This document shows, piece by piece, positions 13,201 to 25,350 of a DNA stretch of 64,000 nucleotides. This stretch comes from Malacoraja senta. Lineage: Eukaryota. Made by a program: the position numbers and the translations under genes. The first letter of the stretch is position 1, and each line of letters starts with the position of its first letter. A model generated the notes under the pieces. The model ran no database searches. It was not told the origin of the DNA and saw only the letters and a list, made by a program, of their open reading frames with translations. The stretch is from positions 2,914,001 to 2,978,000 of the forward strand of contig CM075998.1 of NCBI GenBank assembly GCA_038087875.1, in the 5' to 3' direction.

Positions 13201-16200
13201 AAGGATTTTGCTGGGGCTGGAGAATTTCAGTTGTGAGGAGAGATTGGAACAGTTGAAGTTTGGATTTAATTGAGGTGCATAAAGTTATGACAGGCCTAGA
13301 CAAAGGCGGACCCAATTTCCTTAGTACAAAAGTCAGTAACTCGGGGACAAAGATTTTTTGGCAGCTGGTGAAATGACAGCAGGAAAACCTTTCCACCTTG
13401 GAAGTAGAGGAGGTCTGGAATACACTCCCTCAAAAGATGACACCAGCAGAAATATTCAATTGCATTTAAGTACTACTGGGTAAGTACTGTGTTGTAGCCT
13501 TTAATGATTACAGCTCAAGAGTTGGAAGTGGAATTAGACCACATAGCTATTTTTTTTGGCTCGCATGGATACCTTGGAATTTCTATGATTCCTTCAGAGT
13601 GGAACAAGAGGTGTATACATATCAAGAAGAATGCATTTCAAAGGCTATGTGCGCTATTTCCCAGGAAGACATCTCAACACTTTCATTCTGAATTAAATCC
13701 AATGTCTGCAGACACAAACTTTCACTTGCCAGTGTAACTTATTCCCAGGTAGTGGCATTATTTGGAACGTGCTTTGTATGCATACGGTTAAATACTGGAT
13801 TAGCCATCAATTTCTGAAGCAGGAACAAATATGTGAAATATCGCTGCTCAACAACTTCCTGGGGGAATTAACTAATCAGGAAAAATTGTGACTGAACTAC
13901 CCTTGGTTACTAAATAAAGAGTAGATGCAAGTCCGACATTATTAGTCTCGCCATCGGATCAAATTAATTCTAGTGGAAAAACTATACATACATGACTCTT
14001 GATTCTAAACCAAAAACAATCTGCCACACAAAGGAAAAATGTACAAATGAAAGTAGTCAGTTTGAGACATACATTAAAAAGCTCAGCAAGTAAAACAAGG
14101 AAAAAAAAAATACCTTAAAAATTTTGAATAGTTCCCAAATTATTTCCCTACTTAGACTTTTTCATTTTCATACACCTTTCAGCTTAAATCTCAGACCAGG
14201 TTCTGGATCATAGCTGGAGATTTTCACGCTACTGTACAGAATACAACAAACCAATCAAAACGTTCATGAACTATTTCCTATTGAATTGCCCAGCTCCAAA
14301 AAACAAGCTTGTCCTGATAAACACAAGATGGCTAGATTAACAATCAAACCAATGGGTCTGAGGATGGGTCTCGACCCGAAAAGTCACAAATTCCTTCTCT
14401 CCAGAGATGTTGCCTGTCCCGCTGAGTTACTCCGGCATTTTGTGTCTATCTTCAGTTTAAACCAATGACCCCATTATATTTTCAAACTACTAGTTGTTAA
14501 AATCTGCTTTTGGGAAACAAAAGTCTACGTATCAAAACTAATGATAACAGATAACAATAACAGATAAATCCAATTCCTTGTGGAAGTATTTCTTTCATTA
14601 TAATTCAGTTTGGTTACGATAAATTTTAATTTCCTAAAAGTTTACCCCATTCGATTCTGGTATCCCAGTGGAACATATTATCTTCATGTAGGCTGGATTT
14701 GCTCATCTTCACATGAATTGCAAAATAATTTGCAAGCTATTCTGATGGATAACAATGCCTAAAAGAAATCCGGCAATAAAGTGTATCTCCACTGACTAAA
14801 TTATAAAGAATTGAATGGAAGATAGATGTTGTGCCACCATGTCTTCAGGACATTCACAGGACACCAGTCAACACATTCTATAAAACGCCATCAATAAGTA
14901 TAATTAGCAGAGTTCCAGATTTACATCTGCAACTTTCTTGTAATCTCAATGTTCAACTCTCTACCAGACAAGTAGCAAAATAAAATGGGATTTGCCAACA
15001 ATCTCAAACAGTGAACTCAACTGCTTGTAGATCACAAAATGCTAGAGTACCTCAGCGGGACAGGCAGCATCTCTGGAGAGAAGGAATGGGTGACGTTTCG
15101 GATCGAGACCCTTCTTCATCTTCTTTGTCTGTAGAAGGGTCTTGACCCGAAACATCACCCATTCCTTCTCTCCAGAGTTGCTGCCTGTGCCGCTGAGTTA
15201 CTCCAGCAATTTGTGATCTACCTTCGATTTAAACCAGCATCTGCAGTTCTTTCCTACACATCAACTGCTTGTACATTGATTAGCTTGGATGCAATAGTAT
15301 TGACTCTGAAATCTAGCAACACACAGTGCCCTCCATAATGTTTGGGACAAAGACCCATCACTTATTTATTTGCCTCTGTACTCCGCAATTTGAGATTTGT
15401 AATAGAAAAAATTTCATGTGGTTAAAGTGCACATTGTCAGATTTTATTAAAGGCCATTTTTATACATTTTGGTTTTACCATTATGGAGGGCACTGTACTT
15501 CACTCTGTGCTAATAGTGCTGATCACAATTATACCCCCCTTATATTAAAAAAAAGTTCCCAAACCTCCTCTGCTGAATCCACCTGACCCTCCCTGACAAA
15601 GTCAAAAACGGTGCTAACAACTTTAATTCATTTTGAGTGGCCATTACCCAATCAAGCTCTGCAGCCCATTAACATTAGAGCACATCACAGCCAAGTCCAA
15701 TGGCAAACTTGCCCAAAATTCACACGGCACACAGGCGGTAGGGTTGATTGGTGGTGATCAGCTGTGAGAGGAATGGAACACCACAACTGCAACCCATTTG
15801 AAATCAGCCAGCTCACCACAGGCAAAGCTTCACATTTTGGATATTTAACGATCACTCAATTTTGTGTAATTATCAACTTGGAGAACCATCATAACATTTT
15901 TATACATACAGGAGACTGAAAAAGCTTTGAACAAACTGCCAAATCAGCTGATAAATAAACACTATGGTGCAAAAAAAAATCATTGTTTGCACATTTAATA
16001 CAATGAATGAAATTTGCACCAATAATCAGTGACAAACTTGTGCATGCTCTGTCTACCAATAATTGCCAAACGACTCCCATGCCTCAAAACAGTTTTTATA
16101 TTCAACTCACTACACCTTTACAGCCATACAAATATTTGATTAAGTATGAACTATGACGCAGGACAATCTATGTTCACAATTGTTACTTCTGAGATATTTT

Positions 16201-19200
16201 GTGAATGCAAACTGATTTTGACATGCATTTTACAGACAAAATTTCAGAAGATTTAAGGCAAGAAAGCAAACAAAAAAAAAAAAAATTACGTTCACAATTG
16301 CTAAAAAATATATTTTTTTTAGCATTTGACCAGTCACTCGCCGAATAGACTGGTGATGTCACGCAAATATCCTCTATGAAAATGCAAGCAGACATACAAG
16401 CACCCAGGTACAAACTACTGATGTTAACACGTGAACACGCAAATAGTGGCGAGAGGGTCTGACTGCTTACCAAAGGGAGAGAGGGAGCTGTCTGCGTGGA
16501 AAGGACTGAGATCGAAACCTAAAAACCCAAAAGTACAATAAAAACAAAAGGGTAAAAATGAACAGTAGCAAGAAAAAGCCATTTACTCTTTCCAACCAAG
16601 AGTCCACAACCATCCCTGTGCAACGACACAGCCCATTCACTGTGCACAGACCAAACAAGTTTCATGACAAACATCAAAGTGCTACGGAGCATTCCAGGGT
16701 CTCTACCGTTATCAGTATGTTAGCCAAAAAAACTTACATTCTAGGAATAACTGTAGTCAGTGTAGTTAACCAAACTGCAAACAGACTAATATACTCATAA
16801 ATAAATAGACATGAGCAAATGGGTCCTGGTCTGACATTTACAGTCAAATCATCAGCTGAGTGCACATTTACAAAGCCCATAAGTGGATATCCAAGCTGCT
16901 GTATTAGCAGTGCAAATAGTAGTCCAAGCTCTACAATCAAATTGATAGAAAGTTGGATGACGATAACTGTGGCTATAGCCCAATTCAGGGAATGTTCTTC
17001 CTGGAAAAGGGTCAATAGTAATCAACTTAAGTTCTAAAGAGTTGGAAATAGAAACATCGCAAATAAAGTGACTTTAAAGCAAGATTAAAAGACTGCAGAA
17101 GAAAAATATTAATGCACAATATTAAAAAGCAGCATAACTTTACTGTTATAACCACTGCCCTTAAACTAATGCCCAGGAGTGATATATTCTAAGACATCAT
17201 TATAAATGCAATTGTCTTGTTCATTTTCAACAATGGCAATGAGGATGTTTCATTATGCCCTGTCTTTCCATAGGTACCCACACCATTTCAATAAAGTAGA
17301 ATGATACCAAAGAGTAAGCAAGAAGACATAGTCCCCTAGCTTGTTTCTGTGAGCCACAAATAATTGTGAAAACCAGGAGGAAAACAAGGAGCTTGAAAAA
17401 AAATTTAAATGCTGGAAACCAGACCATCGATTTAAAATGAAATAACCTCTCCGAAAATCAGACATTGGAGGAAGCTTAATTTTTAAGCGCATGCCAATTT
17501 TTCACTCCCACTCTGACCCCCTACATTGGCAAAACAAAGCACATCATAAGCTTGAGACCAACAACACATCTTTCATCTATGCATGTTGCAGCCATCTTGA
17601 CTCAATATCAGATTCTACAACTTCAGGAAACTAACTTTCTCGGTTTGCGTTAGAACTGTTCACTTCTGTTGTAGGTCCATCTGTAACATTCACCCAGACT
17701 TTCTCTCTGCATTAGCACTGGTTAACCCACTGGGCAGTTCCTCCAGCTCTACATTTTTTCAGCTCTTGCATTCCTTTGTTATTCTCTCTCCCTCATTAAA
17801 GTCTCAACGGGTTCACTTAATTTACAGTTTATCTAGACCATGATCACACAAGAGGTGATCTCTTTTTTCATCCATTTACACCTTCCATTCTCTCTGCAAT
17901 TTAGCGTTTTCTCTTTTCCCCAGTTCCGACAATTTTTTTACTCAAAACACGAACTATTATTTGTTCCAAGAGGCAGCCTGACCTGCTGAGTGATTTAAGT
18001 ATTTTACATTTGTTATAATTTTTTTTATTGCTCTGGGAAAGTTAGAAAATTGCATAAAACTAGATTAGATCCTCATTTCTATTTTCTCAAAATTTATAAC
18101 TATATTTAAAATGCTTCATAATATAGATTAAATGTAGGAATGCATACTAGTTACTGGATTTCTATCACTTAAAATATATATTTGCCACTTTCCTGTGGTC
18201 CATCTTCAAACAGTCACGGACATTTCTAATGGCCACTTGCCAAGATAGAACAAACTTAGTGGCCTGTTTTTTTCCAAAGCCAATTCCCTCTTGTACAACC
18301 TGTAGCAAATGGTCCAAGCCATACAATCCAAAACATACAATGCGTAGCTTCTACGTTCCTCCAGTTAATCAAGGGGCATTTAAGGCTGCCTCAAAGTAAC
18401 TCCACCTAGACCAGAAAAAGAATGGATAAAATGCCTGACTTTTATTTTAAGAAAAAGAAACCCTTAAGCCTGCTCTGTCATTTAATAAGATCATGGCGAA
18501 GCTGACTGACAACTCGACTCCACATTCCCATCCACCTTCAGTTACACCTCAGCACCTTGCTTGTCAAGAATCTATCTCTACCTTCAAAATGTTCAAATAT
18601 TCTATGTCTCCGCCCCTGGTGGAAGAGCATTTCAAGGGTTCACGATCCTCAAAATAAATCTCTGCATTAAATTAAAAAAAATCATTTTGAAACCACTCAT
18701 TTTTAAACAGCGTACAGTTCCACAATTTTTGCCACGAGGAAATATTCCATCCATGTCCACATTCAATACACTAGAATAAAGGCTGGTGAAAGGCAATTAA
18801 CAGAAGTTCTAAGTACATCTTCAAAGAAAGACCAATAAACTCTTGGAAAGCTTGACTGTGTAAGCTAGCATGAAACACATGGGCATTTTTATTTCTTCTA
18901 TATTGATAACAGAATTCAGACTCTGTTCAGTACCCACAAAATCACCTAACATATTTATTTAAAAATTCTTGATATTCCTTTCATGTTTTGTTATTCATTT
19001 AGTCAATCACTAACTCCATCATCATTAACATAAATATCAAATATGAGAAAAACAAAATATCTTTGGCACTTGTTCAAGGCTACAAGGGTGATCTCAGTGC
19101 ATTTACAAGCTTTACAGAATGAAAGGTCATCATTGTGATGGGTTTGTTTTATGGGAAGAAATAATTTGAGATTAAAAAGCACATTGATCAGACCAAATGT

Positions 19201-22200
19201 ACCAGAAACAAAGGATAAGCAAATATACACATGGCGAGTCTGCCCTCAATATCAATGTGGAATGGCAACAGATGTTGCAGGAGTCAGCAGGCAACTAATT
19301 TCCAGAGCCGAAGGATAGGCTTCAAAATCAAACCAGGCCATAACATGGATTTCAGGCCTCACAAGCAAAACTATACCTTCAAGGGAAGGAGAATAGAATG
19401 GGAAGCAGCAAGTTAGTGAATACTACATGGACAACGTGTTTTTGAAAATGGAAATGTAGGTGTTTCCTAAAGGCGCATCACATTCCTCAACTCCCTGAGC
19501 CTTACCTTCCTCTGTCCCTCATCTCATCTCTTCCACTTTAGAACTCAACTCCCAACACCTCCACCTTTCTCAGTATTTCTGTTGAATGCTCAATGAATGC
19601 ATTGCCGGTTAAAGAGCAGGGAATGCTGAGCAGAAGCAGGGACATATATACTCAATGTCAAGAACGATGAACCTGGGATCAGTAAGTATAAATAGGTGCC
19701 GGGTCACACATAAGCGCATTGAGGAGATCAGTCCAAACACTACTACCACAGTCTCCAGTACAATCTCCTCCTCCCCAGACTCTTCCACAACTGGACTTGT
19801 ATTCTCCATCTCAAAGTCCAAACACCTGGTCTCCAACAACAATTCTGAAGTTCCTCAAACTCATTTTCTGCAGTTTTACAATTTTAGAATAGTGAAAATA
19901 CAGATGATCATTTAGCCAATTTGTGGGAACACTAAGTAAAGAGCTTTAAAAAAAATAATAAAAAATAAAAAGCAATCGGTGGTTATAAAGCTAGAGGTAG
20001 CAGAAAGCAAGCAAGAAAACCAGTATTACCCCCTCCAAAACAGGTAACGCTGTGAACAGTGCCACCAATTTTGAAATCTGCCCGTGAATTGCCAGAGTTA
20101 AGCTCATACAATAAGCGCCTTGTATGGAAACTAAAAGTGAAGACCCAATAAAAAGTCACCGTAAAGTGTAATCAAAATGTGAAACCAAACCAGACATATA
20201 GTTACAATGGAAAAGTAGTAGATTTAAGTGATGCCTTAGTGATTTAAGTGATCGCTGCAAGTAATGGTAGTGCTGTGGAATTAAATTGGTTTATTTCAGA
20301 CATCCTATTGTCGACAACATGCAGTGCCATTAAAAAAAATAGCATGGTGAAGGCATAACAAAGCTCTTTTGAAACTGCTTCAATATTGTGCTTCTGCACC
20401 GACTTCACGAGGTTGTAGTTGAGTCTCCCATGAACAGGACTGAGAATTGATCTATATTTCCCTGGTCTGCTAGTGCCTTATGATCTACAGAAACTATCCA
20501 ACCATCTGTAGGGTTTCTATTTGACCAATGTGCATTACATACACTTCCCAAAGGATACATCCCACTACCCCAAGTTTAGAAAATGTAACAACAAGACAAA
20601 TATTTGGCAGAAATCTACACATTCTGGAAGGATTCTGTGGTGCATTGTTACAGTTCAATAGTTTATCATAATTACAAATGTTAAATCAATTGATCATTTA
20701 TTTAATTTTGAATTTAATTCAAAAGCTTTTGTACTGTACACTTGTTCTCGTATTTATAATCTTGAAATCTTGTCGGAAGACAACCTGGTTCAGGTTTTAC
20801 TACAAAGTGCTACCTAAACCCAAACATGAGGAAAATAGAGCTGCAAGAGCATTCTGTTTACATAGTCTACAAAAAGAGCAATTAAATACAACTACGAAAT
20901 TAAAGATTTTCTCAACTTTCTGACTTACCCATTCCATCTGGCTGAGTTTCTTCAGGTTTAGGTGGGTCATCTGGAATTGGATCTCCATTACGTTCGATGG
21001 GGCCTTGGATTGTCTTTGCATCAGGAACTGCCAAAATTAAATGAAAACGGTAGCTTAGCTTAGTTTAGAGATGGCCCTACAGCCCACACTGGCCATCGAT
21101 CACCCATACACTAGTTCTATGTCCTACTTACATGGGGCAATTGATAGAAGCCAATTAACCTACAAACTTGCATGTCTTTGGAATGTGGGAAGAAACCGGA
21201 GAACCTGGAGAAAACCCACGCAGTCACAGGGAGACTCAATCCAGGTCTCTTGCGCTGTGAAGCTCTATTGCTGCGCCACTGTGCCGCCCTTCAGTAATAG
21301 ATATTTAAAAAAATATCTTTAACACCAATCAAGAGGGAAATTAAACTAACTGGAATCTGAAATATTTTCTCCCAATTTGGCAGAACTTTTTATTTGGTGA
21401 CCATCAAAGTTGAGGTACTGCATAATTTGTTTTGCATCCTCAGGAGACCAATTAGCATCACCATTTGAATGATAGGCTTACGTTGTTAGGATTTACAGTG
21501 CCCTCCATAATGTTTGGGACAAAGACCCATCATCTGCCTCTGTACTCCACAATTTGAGATTTATAATAGAAAAAGTCACGTGGTTAAAGTGCACATTGTC
21601 AGATGTTAATAAAGGCTATTTTTATACATTTTCATTTCACCATGTAGAAATTACAGCAGTGTTTATACATAGTCCCCCCCATTTCAGGGCAGCAGAATGT
21701 TTGGGACACAGCAATGTCGTGTAAATGAAAGCAGTCAAGTTTAGTAGTTTGTTGCATATCCTTTACATGCAATGACTGCTTGAAGTCTGCGATTCATGGA
21801 CATCACCAGTTGTTTGGTGTCTTCTCTGGTGATGCTCTGCCAGGCCTGTATTGCAGCCATCTTTAGCTTATGCTTGTTCTGGGGGCTAGTCCCTTTGTTT
21901 TCTCTTCAGCGTATAAAAGGCATACTCAATTGGGTTCAGATCAGGTGATTGACTTGGCCACTCAAGAATTGACAATTTTTTAGCTTTGAAAAACTCCTCT
22001 GTTGCTTTATTATTTGAGGCATTTGTCTGAACTTGAGCATATAGGATGTGTCTATACACTTCAGAATGCCCAGGTCATAACACCCCCCCTACCCCCACCC
22101 CCAACATAACACCCCCACCACAGATGAGGTGGTATGCTTTGGATCTTGGGCAGTTCCTTCACTCCTCCATACTTTGCTCTTACCATCACTCTGATATGTT

Positions 22201-25200
22201 AATCTTCGTCTCATCTGTCCACAAGACCTTTTTCCAGAACTGTGGTTGCTCTTTTAAGTACTTCTTGGCAAACTGTCACTTGTGGTTTGCATCTTGCAGT
22301 GTAGCCTCTGTATTTCTGTTCATGAACTCTTCTGCAGACAGTGGTCATTGACAAATCCACACCTGACTCCTGAAGAGTGTTTCTGATCTGTCGGACAGGT
22401 GTTTGGGGATTTTTCTTTATTATAGAGAGAATTCTTCTGTCATCAGCTGTGGAGGTTTTCCTTGGCCTGCCAGTCCATTTGTGATTAGTAAGCTCACCAG
22501 TGCTCTCTTTCTTCTTAATGATGTTCCAAACAGTTGATTTTGGTAAGCCTAAGGTTTGACTGATGCCTCTAACAGTTTTATTCTTGTTTCTCAGTCGCAT
22601 AATGGCTTCTTTGACTTTCATTGGCACAACCTTGCTTCTCATGTTGATAAACAGCAATACAAGTTTCCAAAGGTGATGGAAAGACTGGAGGAAAGACTAG
22701 GTGCTGAGAGCTCTCTTCTACCTGCATTAAGGAGGCACTTAAACACACCTGAGCAATTACAAACGCCTGTGAAGCCATGTGTCCCAAACATTATGGTGCC
22801 CTGAAATGGGGGGACTATGTATAAACACAGCTGTAATTTCTACATGGTGAAACCAAAATGTATAAAAATGGCCTTTAATAAAATCTGACAATGTGCACTT
22901 TAACCACGTGTGATTTTTTTTTTCTATTACATATCTCAAATTGTGGAGTACAGAGGCAAATAAATAAATGATGGTTCTTTGTCCCAAACATTATGGAGGA
23001 CATTGTATTTAATATGCTTAGAAGTTGTATTTATCATTCAAGCTGATGAAAGATTATCAACTTGAAATGTTTATTCTGTTTCTCTCTCCCCAGAAGGTCC
23101 TTGATCTGCTGAATATTTCTTGTATTCTGTGTTTTTATTTTAGATATCCAGCACCTGCGGTTCTTTGCTTCGAAGCAATAGATCAAGTCCCATAAAAGTG
23201 GCACCAATCAGATGAACTATTCCAAAATAGGTGATGCTGAGCTTTTCTAGTGCTGTTGTGGCTGTACATGTGCAAGTGAATAATCAATATTGCTTTTTCC
23301 AATCAAACTACAATTTTATGGAATCTTAAGGATGATGGGAAGGCTTTGAGGAGTAAAAACACTGTCTCACTCTTATCAAAATATGAAGCTTCTGTCCTGG
23401 TCTAATATATGGCGTTAGCCACATCGTGGCCCATCCAAAAACAAAACTCAAGAACAGTAGTGCCCTTGACGGTTTCGGGGGAAATAGCTGGGAATTCTTA
23501 AGATGGTTATTGCACCAAACAGTGAAATAGTACAAATGTTATCTGCAAATGCACAAGGGCTTCATAATCAGATGAACTGCTCTCATCAGTGAAGAGTCCC
23601 ACTCATAATTTTATAATAAGGGAAAATCATCGATGATGATTAAGCCCAGAATATTTCCCTATGAAATACCAGCAGAAATTGCTCTGGGGACAGCAATTGG
23701 CTTCTGACAATCAAAATACCTCCCTGCAAATCGAAAGTGTTGGATCATTTTCGCTTTAATCCAGTTTTGCTAAAACTCAAATACTTCCTTCATACATGTC
23801 CAGCTAGCCTAAACTCTTGTTCAGTATTCAAGCTGTTGCATTCACATCTGGAGCCACATAGTTGTGGCAACAGAACAATAAATAGATTATTGATAAGACA
23901 TAATTTCATTGATGAGACTGCTGTTAAGTACATTCAATTGGTAATTAGAAAGTCAAAATAGTAATTGTCTGTTTTAGATTTATCATTTTTTAGGTTTTGT
24001 TCTAAATGAACATCTTGGGAAATAACCAGTCCAAAAGGTTCTGAAATGCAGTCCACTTGCTTACTATTAACATACTGAATTTGATCACTGAATGGAACAA
24101 CACTGAGTTGACATTGAACTGTTAGTCAGTTGTTTCAAAAGGAGGCCCAAAACCAAAATATTAACTCAGCATTCTAACATTTTACAATTGTTGATCTTTT
24201 ACTATTCATGTCAATATCCAGAATTGAAATATATTCACAATTAGCAATTACTGTTGCCAAGCCCTCACCCCTCTCCAGGACTCCATCACGCTTTTCATCT
24301 GTTGGGTCCTTCTGCTGAGGTGCTGGCTCCGATTGAGAGGTGCCTTGTGGAAATTCAGTGCTTTCACTGTCAGAGAAACCCTCTGAGCTGAGGCAAACTT
24401 TCCGACTGCTGTCCAGCAGTGACTTTCCAAAGAACGCTTCCTGTCAGATATGGAAGGTTAAGAAAAAAATCTCGGCTAACCTACAAATCATTACGGAAAA
24501 TAAAATGTGTGAACACGTTGAATTAATTTTCATTGCCTAATATGAGAAACTCCAATTTTAAATATGGATGTAATTTACAACAAATGTAAATTACCTACCT
24601 TTGGGTACTATTATCGTCATTTTTATTTTATGGTGGTTCAAAGTCCACACACAAATGAGCCCTCGCTGAAATGAGGTGGTAAAAATACCAGGACTGTGCA
24701 CCCTTTAAAAGTTTGGCACCACACAAGGCCATGACAGTCACGTGACCATCCCCCACTCCACTGCACATATATAAGCGTCATTCTGGGAGTATATCTCAGT
24801 TCGCTTGAAAGAAGGCTGCAGCAGATTTAGAGAGTTTTAATCAGAGAATTAAATACAAGACTTAAAGGAAGTTGCTTTGCACCGTATTAAATGGAGGAAG
24901 CTTTGCATGTGGAGGCTGAACTACAATAGAGTGAGGAACTCCATACCAAAGGAAGGTAATGTAACATTCTTCCTCCGTGTTCAAACTCCACACACAAAAA
25001 TTGCAGTTAACAAGAGGTCAAAGGCTGAACATTGCCTTTTAAGTTGGTGTCAATGGTTTCAGACACTCATCACAAGCTGCCTCATCAAGAATTCACAAAA
25101 GCACTACAATGTCACGGATAAGCTACGTCTCTTGGCTTATGTGATCACAAGTGTAACAAGCTCACTAAATTCTTGCTGGTATCCAATAAGAAAAGCAATG

Positions 25201-25309
25201 ACATTTTCTCCCTGGCTCTTTAATCTCAAAGTTTATTGGATTTAATGGGTGTTATTAATGCTTTACCACTAAATAAAGTTGAGTGGAATAATGGCGGGTT
25301 TTTATATAG

Positions 25310-25350
<41 letters not shown>

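Noticed and set aside
24252-24268. Alternative donor extending exon 23
   Set aside because: It would end in phase 0, incompatible with the phase-1 downstream exons.
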